A stretch of DNA of 64,000 bases, from positions 51,224 to 115,223 of the IMG/VR virus record IMGVR_UViG_3300009545_000018; one strand, written 5' to 3'. This DNA is from a virus. The notes beneath the pieces were generated by a model. The model saw only the letters and a list, made by a program, of their open reading frames with translations. It was not told the origin of the DNA and did not search any database. This document shows positions 29,117-38,420 of the stretch, piece by piece (within the stretch, counting starts at the first letter, position 1; the number at the start of each line of letters is the position of its first letter). The translations under genes were made by a program, and so were the position numbers.

Positions 29117-29740
29117 ATGGAATCAATGAAACAAAAAATCAGAACCATTCCTAATCTAGCTGATACTTCTCCTGCACATCTTTCTGCTATAGAAAAAGGA
29201 TTAGAACATTTTGGATCTTGGCAGTATAATGTAGAAGATAGATTTAAATCTTTGGCTCAAGAAGAAATTAAAGCAGAATTAAGGCGCACAGCTTTTCCAT
29301 ATGCTGTATTATTTGAACACCTCATTGGAGATTTTAATTTAGGAACTGGTATTAGAAATGCTAATGCCTTTAATGCCAGAGAAGTATTTTATCTCGGAAA
29401 TAAAAAATGGGATAAGCGAGGAGCTACTGGAGTATATAATTATACTGATATCACCTTTCTATCTACCATAGATGAAGTAATAGAGTTGCAATCTAAATAT
29501 ACTTTTATTGGAGTAGATAATGTTCCTGGAAGTATTCCGCTAAATGAAATAGAGTATCAACCAAACACTCTTTTTGTTTTTGGAGAAGAGGGGGTAGGTT
29601 TAACTCCTGCGATGCAATCTTTTTGTAAAAACATTGTTTACATTAAACAATACGGATCAGTAAGATCTTTGAATGTTGGAACTGCTAGTGGTATTATAAT
29701 GCATGATTTTGTCACCAGATTCAAACCACACAATTTATAA
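29117..29740 (+). CDS. SpoU/TrmH-family RNA 2'-O-methyltransferase-like
   Basis: VFGEEGVGLTP ... SLNVGTASGI motifs resemble SPOUT motifs 2/3. Confidence 0.5.
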   Translation: MESMKQKIRTIPNLADTSPAHLSAIEKGLEHFGSWQYNVEDRFKSLAQEEIKAELRRTAFPYAVLFEHLIGDFNLGTGIRNANAFNAREVFYLGNKKWDKRGATGVYNYTDITFLSTIDEVIELQSKYTFIGVDNVPGSIPLNEIEYQPNTLFVFGEEGVGLTPAMQSFCKNIVYIKQYGSVRSLNVGTASGIIMHDFVTRFKPHNL

Positions 29741-30244
29741 TTTTAAAAATAGGCAGCCCTTGACAATTTATTTATAGAAATAATGTTATAGGTGGCAATT
29801 ATGCCTAGTCTTTGCAATGCAGAATAACTGTCTGCTAGTGAGGTTTAAGCTCATGAAAACGGGAGTAGTTACCCGAAGAAGTAGCCGGCTCGGCTGTTCC
29901 AAAAGAACAATAGTTTGCTAACAAGGATAGCGATACAATTATCATAATAAGTCTTATGAAAGTCAAAACGAACTTTTGATATAAGTAAGAACTAAAAGGT
30001 ATGTAGAAGCGGAACACTTAGATACATAGGAATAAGGTGTAACAGCTTTATTCCGCTGAAACAAGTTAAACCGTATCCGTAATTTTTAATATGTCCAAAT
30101 TAATATATACAACAATACTTTCATTTATTACGCTATACTTACTCAATGCATTATGGCTCTTTGTGGTATACAAATGTAATATATTTCATTTAGATTTTGT
30201 ATGGGGACCATTTGGTGCTCTAATTTTATTCCAATCTGTTATGA
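29741..30244 (+). ncRNA. about 500-nt ORF-free, locally GC-enriched region; candidate structured RNA or long leader
   Basis: No ORF >60 aa on the + strand; GC-rich tracts (GGGAGTAGTTACCCGAAGAAGTAGCCGGCTCGGCTG); TTGACA motif at 29759. Confidence 0.3.
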
Positions 30245-30694
30245 TTGGAATTGGTCGTAGCATATAGGTTTAATATGAGACACGCTGCTGTTATGTTAAT
30301 TATAAACAGAGAAGGTAAAATTTTAGCCGTTTCTCGCCGTTATGACTCATCTAAGTTCGGACTTCCAGGCGGCAAACTTGAGGAAGGCGAATCTACCTCT
30401 GATGCTGCCCGAAGAGAAACCCTAGAGGAAACAGGAGTAAAAGTTACCGCCTGTGACTTAATTTATACTAGAGTTGAAAAGAAACATAATGATAGTGGGG
30501 AAGATTTCAATACACATTGTTTTTATGCTACTGAATTTGATGATTCAGGATTAGTAAAATCTTCAGAAGAAGGAACGGTAAAGTGGATGAGTTCTTCAGA
30601 ATTAACTTCTATGGAACACGGGGCTTTTCCGGATTATAATTCTAAAACAATAGAATCGTTTAAATTAAAATACCCAGAGATTAAAATATCATAA
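30245..30694 (+). CDS. Nudix hydrolase
   Basis: Nudix box GLPGGKLEEGESTSDAARRETLEETGV; alternative start at 30275. Confidence 0.75.
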   Translation: MELVVAYRFNMRHAAVMLIINREGKILAVSRRYDSSKFGLPGGKLEEGESTSDAARRETLEETGVKVTACDLIYTRVEKKHNDSGEDFNTHCFYATEFDDSGLVKSSEEGTVKWMSSSELTSMEHGAFPDYNSKTIESFKLKYPEIKIS

Positions 30695-30714
30695 TAAAGT
30701 TAGGAATAATTAAA

Positions 30715-31338
30715 ATGAAATTAAATAGTATTGTTTGTGCGTTTATGATTGCTACTTGCGCTATTACATCAACTGGTTGTGGTCTTTTAGATCAAGGTGT
30801 GCAAAAATATGACACTTTAGTAGATAAAGATGAAAAGTGTAACCAGGCTTGGTCAGACTATGAGGCACAATTACAAAGACGTTCTGATATGATTCCAAAT
30901 TTAGTAGCTGTTGTAAAAGGTTCTGCTGCACATGAGCATAGTACTCTTAAAGATGTAATTGATGCTAGGGCTAGTGCCACTCAAGTTAAATTAAATGCTG
31001 ATGATTTAACCGATCCAGCTAAGGTTGAAGCATTTAAAAATGCTCAAGCAGGTTTGACGGGCGCGTTAAGTAAGCTTATGAGCATTCAAGAACAGTATCC
31101 AACACTTCAAGCTAATGCTCAATTCCATGATTTAATGATCCAAATGGAAGGAACAGAAAATCGCATTTTGACAGCACGTCGAGATTATAATACATCAGTA
31201 CAAAGTTTTAACTTAGAGTTACGACGTGTTAGTGGAAAAGTGGTTAATCCATTGACTGGCAGGGAATTTAAACCACGAGTTTATTTTTCTGCTGATGCTG
31301 ATGCTAAGACCGCTCCCAAAGTTTCTTTTGATAAATAA
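30715..31338 (+). CDS. LemA-family lipoprotein
   Basis: Lipobox STGC; LemA hallmark RRDYNTSVQSFN...FP region. Confidence 0.65.
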   Translation: MKLNSIVCAFMIATCAITSTGCGLLDQGVQKYDTLVDKDEKCNQAWSDYEAQLQRRSDMIPNLVAVVKGSAAHEHSTLKDVIDARASATQVKLNADDLTDPAKVEAFKNAQAGLTGALSKLMSIQEQYPTLQANAQFHDLMIQMEGTENRILTARRDYNTSVQSFNLELRRVSGKVVNPLTGREFKPRVYFSADADAKTAPKVSFDK

Positions 31339-31413
31339 TATCTAAAAATGATATACGTAATAATGTATTTTCTATTTATGATATTTTGTTGTTGGCGAAT
31401 GGAGTCCAGATAA

Positions 31414-31608
31414 ATGACATTTTTATTATTTGTACTAGCGGTAGTGGTATTGATATTAGCAATACGTTATGGTTTTGTTGGTATCCTATTAGATATATTC
31501 TTTGCCATTGTTACTGGCGGAAGCTCTTCTGGTAGTTCTGGTAAGAGTGGAGGAAGTGGATTTGGTGGAGGAGATTCTGGGGGATCTGGTGCCTCTAGTG
31601 ATTTTTAA
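31414..31608 (+). CDS. small membrane protein with Gly/Ser-rich C-tail ending GFGGGDSGGSGASSDF
   Basis: TM N-terminus; tail nearly identical to the C-terminus of the TPM protein at 32838-33965. Confidence 0.45.
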   Translation: MTFLLFVLAVVVLILAIRYGFVGILLDIFFAIVTGGSSSGSSGKSGGSGFGGGDSGGSGASSDF

Positions 31609-31621
31609 TTGGAGATTTAAG

Positions 31622-32512
31622 ATGAAGAAAAGTATTTATACATTAATTGGTTTATTAGCATTATCAACTTTAGGTTGTTCAAGTGAAGAAATTCCAGCCG
31701 CTCATAAAGGCAGAATGTTTGAAAAGACGGGCGCGCTCGCCTTTTATAGTGGCGAGGTAGGTTTTACAGGACCTATTCTTGGTCCAGGAACGCATTATAC
31801 TGGATTGTACAATGAACTTAAAATGGTAGAGTGTGCCCAAGGAACCAAAAAAGAAACGCTGCCATCCTTAACAAAGGATGGAGTACAATTTAGCGTGGAT
31901 GTCTATACAAGATTTTCTGCTAATTGTGACGATGATGCTGCATTAAAATCTATCTTAGATAAGTTTTCTCCTGGATGGACCGACGATGAAAAGCACCCAG
32001 AATGGAAACATGTAATCTTTGGTGTTCAATTATATGATCAACTAGCTCGCCCAGCTCTTGGTTCTTCTGTCAGAAAATCAGTATCTCCTTATATTGCTAA
32101 TGATATTAACAATAATCGAGAAAAGATATTTGATGAAACCACCAAATCATTCTTAGACGATATTAATAATCAAAAGCCCAAGATGATTAATATCTTAGAA
32201 ATTAATCTTTCTAATTTAGATTTTCCTGATGAATTAGATAAGGCTAACGTAGCTCGGGCGGAACAAGCCGTTTTCAAAGATAAGGCTATTGCTGAACGTG
32301 AGAGAGTAACGGCTGAAATTGAAACTATGAAAATGAGAAAAGATTTAGCCACTAGTGAATCTAATAATGAAGCAGTTCGTATTGATGCCCTTGGTTCTGC
32401 CTATCGTCGCAACCCAGAATATGTTCAATTAGAATCTATTCGGGTAGCGGCTGAAAAAGGGAATTTAATTATAGCTCAACCAGGGACCGGGCTAATCATT
32501 CAACATAAGTAA
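31622..32512 (+). CDS. SPFH/band-7-like lipoprotein
   Basis: Start taken at MKKSIYT (lipobox LGCSS; GGAG SD); the track's 31502 start is an upstream extension; LTKDGVQFSVDVYTRF resembles band-7 core. Confidence 0.5.
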   Translation: MKKSIYTLIGLLALSTLGCSSEEIPAAHKGRMFEKTGALAFYSGEVGFTGPILGPGTHYTGLYNELKMVECAQGTKKETLPSLTKDGVQFSVDVYTRFSANCDDDAALKSILDKFSPGWTDDEKHPEWKHVIFGVQLYDQLARPALGSSVRKSVSPYIANDINNNREKIFDETTKSFLDDINNQKPKMINILEINLSNLDFPDELDKANVARAEQAVFKDKAIAERERVTAEIETMKMRKDLATSESNNEAVRIDALGSAYRRNPEYVQLESIRVAAEKGNLIIAQPGTGLIIQHK

Positions 32513-32517
32513 AAAAT

Positions 32518-32826
32518 ATGAGATTTGTTTTAGAGTTTGCGGTTTTAATTGGTATTGTTACTTTAATTGTTTTCATAGTTAAAGTATCATATGCAGCATG
32601 GTCTAAAAGACGAGATATAATTGCCAAAAAAGAAGAAGCTATGTGGCAGGATCTTCGCCAGGCGTTAAGTAATAACTCTAAACAAAGATTAGAGGACTGT
32701 CTTATATTACATAATAAAAATATTCCAAAAGAAATAAAACCAATAATTCAATCTAGAATTGATGATTTAGCAATTAAAGAATCTGATGATAAGGCTTTAA
32801 AGATTATACATTTTACAGATAAATAG
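32518..32826 (+). CDS. small N-terminally membrane-anchored protein
   Basis: ORF track. Confidence 0.45.
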   Translation: MRFVLEFAVLIGIVTLIVFIVKVSYAAWSKRRDIIAKKEEAMWQDLRQALSNNSKQRLEDCLILHNKNIPKEIKPIIQSRIDDLAIKESDDKALKIIHFTDK

Positions 32827-32837
32827 GATTTAAATAA

Positions 32838-33965
32838 ATGAAAAAATATATTTCGTTATTGTTCGCCGTATTAATTACGGCTTTTACGGCAAATGCTATG
32901 GCATTTGCCCCTCCACCTAAACCAGATAATGGTTGGTACATTGTTGATCAGGCAAATAAATTATCTGAAGATCAAAAATCTAATCTCAATAAAAAGATTG
33001 ATGGTATTAATAAAAATACTAAGAATGAATTTGCTGTTTTAATTATCACATCTATGGATGGAGATAATATTGAGGATGTGGCTCAAAACACCTTTCGTAG
33101 TTGGGGTGTTGGTAAAGCCGGGTTAAATAACGGAGTATTACTTGCTATTTCAGTAGGTGAACGTAAGATGCGTTTACAAACTGGCAAAGGGGTAGAGGGT
33201 GATTTACCAGATCTTAGAGCAAAAGATATCTTAGATCAAACTCTTAAACCACATTTAAAGAATGGTGATTTTTATGGAGGTATTGATGCGACTATTGATG
33301 CAACATCTTCTTTTCTAGAATCACGTGCCAACAAACAAGCTTCTCCGGCTCCAGATTCTCAAGAAAGCCCAGTATCATCTACTACAGAAAATTCTAGTTC
33401 TGCTGGTGTTTTTCTCTTGATTTTATTTTTAGGTCTTGGAGGTGGTGGTTTATTTTTCTATTGGCTTATTCGTCGGGCAGAGCGTAAAGAAAAGGAAGCT
33501 AGTCTTCGTGATTGGCAAAAAGAGCAAGACATTTATAATAAATACGTTCAAAAACAACAAGATATTATTAATAAATATGCTGCTGATGTTGCTAAAGCTA
33601 AAAGACAAAAATCTGCTGCGGCACCTAATATTAATCATTCCGCTGTTAATTCAGTTACTGCTGGTACAGTAGCTGTCGCTGTTGTTGGAACATCCGCCGT
33701 AGCAGCTTCTCATTTATCATCTGATGATGAGGTTAAAAAGCGCAAGAAGCGAGAAGCTGAACAAGCCCGTGAAGCTGAAGCTGCATCTAGAAAACGTCGA
33801 GATGAGGAAGAAGCAGCTGCTCGTAGACGCAGAGAAGAAAGTTCTTCATACTCTAGCTATGATTCTGGGAGTAGTAGCAGTTATGATTCTGGTAGTAGCT
33901 ATGACTCTGGTGGTGGATTTGGTGGAGGAGACTCGGGTGGGTCCGGCGCCAGCAGTGATTGGTGA
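32838..33965 (+). CDS. TPM-domain protein with TM segment, charged coiled region and Gly-rich tail
   Basis: TPM core (WYIVDQANKLS...GVLLAISVGERKMRLQTGKGVEG), then TM, then GGGFGGGDSGGSGASSDW tail. Confidence 0.75.
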   Translation: MKKYISLLFAVLITAFTANAMAFAPPPKPDNGWYIVDQANKLSEDQKSNLNKKIDGINKNTKNEFAVLIITSMDGDNIEDVAQNTFRSWGVGKAGLNNGVLLAISVGERKMRLQTGKGVEGDLPDLRAKDILDQTLKPHLKNGDFYGGIDATIDATSSFLESRANKQASPAPDSQESPVSSTTENSSSAGVFLLILFLGLGGGGLFFYWLIRRAERKEKEASLRDWQKEQDIYNKYVQKQQDIINKYAADVAKAKRQKSAAAPNINHSAVNSVTAGTVAVAVVGTSAVAASHLSSDDEVKKRKKREAEQAREAEAASRKRRDEEEAAARRRREESSSYSSYDSGSSSSYDSGSSYDSGGGFGGGDSGGSGASSDW

Positions 33966-33971
33966 AAATTT

Positions 33972-34175
33972 ATGGTAAAAGTAATTTCTAAAAAACCAGT
34001 TTCTTCTAAGAAGTGTATCTGTTCTAATTGTGGATATAAACTAGAGTATACTATAGAAGATGTTAAACGGCACGACTATACAGATTATGCCGGTTATTCT
34101 GATACATATTACTATATAATTTGTCCACGTACAAATTGTAATAACAAGAATGAAGTAAAGCAATATATTGTTTAA
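33972..34175 (+). CDS. small zinc-ribbon protein
   Basis: CICSNC ... CPRTNC. Confidence 0.45.
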   Translation: MVKVISKKPVSSKKCICSNCGYKLEYTIEDVKRHDYTDYAGYSDTYYYIICPRTNCNNKNEVKQYIV

Positions 34176-34187
34176 AAGATTAGGAAA

Positions 34188-34586
34188 TTGTTAATGGATA
34201 ATAAAAGATTTTTAATACAATGTGCCGGTAGAAATGCATTTGATTTGGCTATGAAAGTAGCATTTATTACTGAATATGATGACAATGATCCTAAAATGAA
34301 GGTCTCTCATTATTTTGAAGATCCAGAAAAAGGATTAGTCTTTCTTTGGTCTGAAGATAAATCGGTTAATTCTATTAAATTACCAGTTGATTTGAATTGG
34401 GAAGGTGCTGCTAATCTGGCGTGGCAGTGGTTACAAAATCAGCCAAATGAAAAATATCAAGAAGATCTTGATCATGCTGGAAGTAATAGTAAAGGATTTA
34501 GAGTTTATAATGAAGCTTGGGGACATATCAAGTCACATTATGCTGTTGTAGGAATAGTTCCTATTTGGGCTTGGCACGGGAAGTAA
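34188..34586 (+). CDS. hypothetical protein
   Basis: SD AGGAAATTGTTAATG. Confidence 0.5.
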   Translation: MLMDNKRFLIQCAGRNAFDLAMKVAFITEYDDNDPKMKVSHYFEDPEKGLVFLWSEDKSVNSIKLPVDLNWEGAANLAWQWLQNQPNEKYQEDLDHAGSNSKGFRVYNEAWGHIKSHYAVVGIVPIWAWHGK

Positions 34587-34588
34587 TA

Positions 34589-34861
34589 ATGGAAAACCCA
34601 GCAACGTGGAATCAATGTATTAGAATATTAAATAATAGTCTCAATTATGGAAATGATTCTATGTTAACGACAGATAAAGTTTTATCAATTTTAATTAATA
34701 ATAATTTTCTTATACCTGAAGATAAAAATAATCAAAAAATTATTGATGCTATTGACAAGTCTATAGCAAGTCATCAATATGCTATTGATAATCAATGTTG
34801 CGGGAATAGTATTGGAAACATAATTTATTTTAATTTGAAACCTTTAGGTGTTGTAGAATAA
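34589..34861 (+). CDS. hypothetical protein
   Basis: Start moved to the ATG just after the upstream stop (TAATAATG); the track start is inside the previous gene. Confidence 0.45.
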   Translation: MENPATWNQCIRILNNSLNYGNDSMLTTDKVLSILINNNFLIPEDKNNQKIIDAIDKSIASHQYAIDNQCCGNSIGNIIYFNLKPLGVVE

Positions 34862-34952
34862 CTAATGTCGAGATGGCGAAAAGGTAAACGCGGAAGAATT
34901 ATGGGTATAATACATAATTCATCTGGGAAACTGTAATTATACTACATAACCC

Positions 34953-35255
34953 TTGCAGGTTCAAGTCCTTGCTCTCGACACCATAATGAATAAATATGAT
35001 AATGAATATTGGTCAATAATTGAAGAGGCTCAACTTTATTTAAATATAGATGTTCTTAATTATGCTAAAAATAATAAACATGGAGTTTTTTATCTTTATG
35101 AAAGTCCATGGACCGGAGAGCTAATAGCAAAATATGAAGATGATATATTTGAATTCCGATATTATAATGAATGGAAATATCTCATTAAATATAATAATGA
35201 GTTAATTTTTGAACAAGAATTAATTAAAAGAATAAAACTTATTGCCTTTATTTAA
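34953..35255 (+). CDS. small protein, KLKAF-tail family variant (KLIAFI)
   Basis: ORF track. Confidence 0.5.
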   Translation: MQVQVLALDTIMNKYDNEYWSIIEEAQLYLNIDVLNYAKNNKHGVFYLYESPWTGELIAKYEDDIFEFRYYNEWKYLIKYNNELIFEQELIKRIKLIAFI

Positions 35256-35269
35256 AGTTTGTTGTTGAA

Positions 35270-35665
35270 ATGAAAGATATTTGTAATATGCAAATTAAAA
35301 TGTTTAAATCTAAAATTCATCGTGCTACCTTAACTGGAGCAAATCTCGAATATGAAGGATCAATTAAAATTGATTCTGATCTTTTAGATGCTGCTAATAT
35401 ACTTGAATATGAATCAGTTTATGTATGGAATATTAATAATGGTAATAGGTTAATGACATACACTTTACGAGGTGAAGCTGGTTCAGGCATTGTAGAATTA
35501 AATGGCAGTGCTGCCAGATTAGGTCATAAAGGTGATTTAATAATCATTACTACCTTTGCTGACATGACCCCCTTAGAAGCTAAAGAATTTAAACCTACTG
35601 TTGTTTTAGTAGATTCTTTTAATAAAGTTAAATCTATATCAGATAGATCAGGCGGATTAACATGA
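35270..35665 (+). CDS. panD: aspartate 1-decarboxylase
   Basis: KIHRATLTGANLEYEGSIKID...NGSAARLGHKGDLIIITTF closely parallels PanD including the pyruvoyl-forming GS site; true start may be 35288. Confidence 0.85.
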   Translation: MKDICNMQIKMFKSKIHRATLTGANLEYEGSIKIDSDLLDAANILEYESVYVWNINNGNRLMTYTLRGEAGSGIVELNGSAARLGHKGDLIIITTFADMTPLEAKEFKPTVVLVDSFNKVKSISDRSGGLT

Positions 35666-35856
35666 GCAATAAAACATCTAAGAAAAAGAAAGCTCCCAAG
35701 AAAATTAAAAGAATTGACGAAGATAATCCTGAACATTTTGAAGAGAAAATATCAGAACAAATTAAACAACAAGATAAAGTTCAAACTGAAATTATAATAA
35801 ATAATGGAGTAGTGATAGTAAATCCCGTTTACAATCCACTTGATGAAAATAAATAA
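35662..35856 (+). CDS. small basic protein
   Basis: ORF track; ATGA overlap. Confidence 0.4.
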   Translation: MSNKTSKKKKAPKKIKRIDEDNPEHFEEKISEQIKQQDKVQTEIIINNGVVIVNPVYNPLDENK

Positions 35857-35864
35857 ATCATTAA

Positions 35865-36476
35865 ATGCAAACATTAAAACTTATTCAACTTAATAATTGT
35901 CTAATTAATTATAAATTAGGAAAAGAAATTGGTTGTGGGGCTGATGGACAACTATTTGAACTTGCAGACTTTAAAGATAAAGTAATTAAGATATCAGTAA
36001 TATTTGATTTAGATTTTATTGGTAAAGATGTATTAAATAATAAATATGATGCATTTTCTAAAAACCTAAGTTATTTACAACAACACAATACTATTTTTGC
36101 AAAAGTCTTTGATTTTCAAAAGATTGGAATCTTTAAAAGATTATTCAATAACATAGATCAATATTATTTATTACATTATTGTGTAATGGAAAAATGCTTT
36201 AAGCTTACTGAAGATGAGAAAAAAGTATTTCATACAATTATTTCTCATGAAGATCGTGGAATAACAAAAAAATTTTCAACAGAAAAAATTGAAGAAATAT
36301 TATTTGGATTATCGCGGGGGCTTGACTTTGATTCTAAAAAGATTAAATTGTTTTATGAATCAGTGATGACATCACCCATTAAACATTTAGATTTGCATCC
36401 CAGAAATATTATGAAAGATATTAATGGGAATTTTAGATTAATAGATTTTGACCGAATTCAATTGGAGATTACATGA
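35865..36476 (+). CDS. protein-kinase-like (eukaryotic-like / aminoglycoside-phosphotransferase fold) protein
   Basis: Gly-rich loop GCGADGQ then K, catalytic-loop-like LDLHPRNIMKD and DFD. Confidence 0.5.
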   Translation: MQTLKLIQLNNCLINYKLGKEIGCGADGQLFELADFKDKVIKISVIFDLDFIGKDVLNNKYDAFSKNLSYLQQHNTIFAKVFDFQKIGIFKRLFNNIDQYYLLHYCVMEKCFKLTEDEKKVFHTIISHEDRGITKKFSTEKIEEILFGLSRGLDFDSKKIKLFYESVMTSPIKHLDLHPRNIMKDINGNFRLIDFDRIQLEIT

Positions 36477-36790
36477 AAGTTAATATTACATATTTAAAAA
36501 AACTAGTTGATCAATTAGAGACAGAGTTAAAGACGTCTGAAATGGATACTGGCACCGCACTCTCTAAAGAGGCTCAAGAAGCGCTAGAACATGAAAAACT
36601 AATTGCTTTGAATAAGGCGGGTGGCGTTTGTATGGGCATTTATCAAGAAGCTATAATGTTAGTCTCTGATATTCATAAAGTAGTAGCATCATCTTTTGGT
36701 CCTCCAAAATCATCAAAGGATGATGTTGTAGAGACTTTGTTGGGCTCCTTTAATAAATCATTTAAAGTTAATGGCGATAAAAATAATTAG
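36473..36790 (+). CDS. hypothetical protein
   Basis: ORF track. Confidence 0.45.
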   Translation: MKVNITYLKKLVDQLETELKTSEMDTGTALSKEAQEALEHEKLIALNKAGGVCMGIYQEAIMLVSDIHKVVASSFGPPKSSKDDVVETLLGSFNKSFKVNGDKNN

Positions 36791-36799
36791 GAGATTAAA

Positions 36800-37081
36800 A
36801 TGTATTCAGCATCAAAAAATGATATAAAGACTTTTGCACAAAAAATAGAGATCTTGGCTAAAGAGGTTTCTTCTACCATTGATAATGGTGGCGATGTATT
36901 AGCGGTGGCTAACAAATTAGTAAGTAATAGTAATACATTCGTTTTTGTTTTGGGTGAAGTGTATGCCGTAGACCAGTTAGCAAAAAATACGCCTACACCA
37001 CAAACAAATAAAATTTCTACGGTTAAAAATTCTAACTATCATAATGTTAGAGACAGTTTGGGACGCTTTAAAAAAGCATAA
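36800..37081 (+). CDS. hypothetical protein
   Basis: SD AGGAGATTAAAATG. Confidence 0.5.
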   Translation: MYSASKNDIKTFAQKIEILAKEVSSTIDNGGDVLAVANKLVSNSNTFVFVLGEVYAVDQLAKNTPTPQTNKISTVKNSNYHNVRDSLGRFKKA

Positions 37082-37108
37082 TTTTATATTAAATATTGGA
37101 GTAAAATC

Positions 37109-37471
37109 ATGAGTAACAATGTAACAAGAGCTACAGAAAAGTTTGAGAGTATTGCTAAGGCTACAGAAGATGCCTTAAATAGTTGGAGCGGTGAAGGATG
37201 TTTACAGTTTCCAACCTTATTGGGAATGATGGCTGTAAAATTCAATTGGGATGAACAAGAGGTTCGTAAAAACGATCCATTGATTAGGTTTTTTATTAGA
37301 GAGCATGATGATTGGCACGTTACTCGTGGTGCTCATGGTGGTATCATGAGAATGTCCGAGAAACAGAAGAAAGAGCAAAGTCGAGTGGCTAAGAATGCCG
37401 CCAAAGAAGCAGCTCGCGTAGCTGTCGAAAATGCAACAAACATATCAACTACCTCTGAAACACAAGAGTGA
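37109..37471 (+). CDS. hypothetical protein with VTRGAHGGI motif (paralog of 6399-6644)
   Basis: SD GGAG; followed by a strong terminator. Confidence 0.55.
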   Translation: MSNNVTRATEKFESIAKATEDALNSWSGEGCLQFPTLLGMMAVKFNWDEQEVRKNDPLIRFFIREHDDWHVTRGAHGGIMRMSEKQKKEQSRVAKNAAKEAARVAVENATNISTTSETQE

Positions 37472-37476
37472 GTTGC

Positions 37477-37515
37477 CAAAAGGGACGTGAGAAAAAACTC
37501 ACGTCCCTTTTATTT
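37477..37515 (+). terminator. rho-independent terminator (AAAAGGGACGTGAG ... CTCACGTCCCTTTTATTT)
   Basis: 11-bp perfect stem plus T-run. Confidence 0.75.
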
Positions 37516-37542
37516 ATCTGATATATGTAGTGTGAGGTATTT

Positions 37543-38094
37543 ATGAGTTCTTTATCTAAAATTTTAATTGTTAGTTTACTGTTTTGTACGGCATCATGTA
37601 CTTCTTGTTCTAAGAAAAATGTAACTGATCCACCAAAACCATTACCCACTTCTACTGAGACGGTAATAGTTCCTCCAGTACCCACTACACAATTAGTAGA
37701 ATCATATCATGCAAGTGTAACTGTTCCATTACTCTTTCAAGACCAGCATAAAGATACTACTAATGATCCTAATTATAGGCTTTTTGCCAATATGAATGCT
37801 AATGAATTACTTTCATTAGATGCTGAGGCGTTTTCCTCTTCATATGAAGAATATGTATTAGAGGCTATAAGATTTATAAAAGAAACTGGCGGCACCATAC
37901 AATCAGCCAATTCTGTAACTCTTAATGGACAGAAAATGACATTGATAGAATCTTCTAGGGAAGGTATTGTGGCTTATTTTTGGGTAACAACCAAAGATGG
38001 GTATGGTTATACTTTTACTTGTGGTGGAGAAGAAACATCTTCTACTATAGAAGATACCTGTGCGATGCTATCTACGACTTTTCAAATTAAGTGA
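37543..38094 (+). CDS. lipoprotein or secreted protein
   Basis: Signal peptide, Cys-rich lipobox region. Confidence 0.5.
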   Translation: MSSLSKILIVSLLFCTASCTSCSKKNVTDPPKPLPTSTETVIVPPVPTTQLVESYHASVTVPLLFQDQHKDTTNDPNYRLFANMNANELLSLDAEAFSSSYEEYVLEAIRFIKETGGTIQSANSVTLNGQKMTLIESSREGIVAYFWVTTKDGYGYTFTCGGEETSSTIEDTCAMLSTTFQIK

Positions 38095-38420
38095 AAACAT
38101 GGAAAATAGAGATGGCAGTAGTTGCTATCATTCTTTTATTGGTTAATTTGTTAACTCATAAATTATTTACCATAGAAATAATATCTGCTGTTGCTGTTTT
38201 GTTGACTTTCGGTTATGCCCAAATATCTAGTAGATTAAGTGAACATCAATCTATTATAGAACAGCCTACGATAGATTGCTATCGCAAACTTATCCTATAT
38301 TATATAGGAAAAGAGGTTTGCTGGTTTGGATATTTTTTATTAACTAAATCTTACTCTGCTTTAGTTGGTGTATTAGTATTTCTCTTATATCCGTTATGGA
38401 GGAAGTACTATAAATCATGA
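38091..38420 (+). CDS. small membrane protein (3 TM)
   Basis: Hydrophobic segments. Confidence 0.45.
   Translation: MKTWKIEMAVVAIILLLVNLLTHKLFTIEIISAVAVLLTFGYAQISSRLSEHQSIIEQPTIDCYRKLILYYIGKEVCWFGYFLLTKSYSALVGVLVFLLYPLWRKYYKS

Noticed and set aside
29741-30244. tmRNA, RNase P RNA or group I intron as the identity of the 500-nt non-coding region
   Set aside because: No tRNA-like 3' end with CCA, no tag-peptide reading frame ending in a ..LAA-like sequence, and no GGAAAGUCCGG / P4-type or P7 consensus elements recognisable by eye.
31502-31621. Upstream extension of the SPFH lipoprotein ORF
   Set aside because: The extension overlaps the preceding small gene; the internal ATG at 31622 has a GGAG SD and starts a canonical lipoprotein signal peptide.
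33436-33978. ORFs 33436-33672 (+), 33450-33638 (-) and 33724-33978 (+)
   Set aside because: All nested in alternative frames or on the antisense strand of the well-supported TPM-domain gene.
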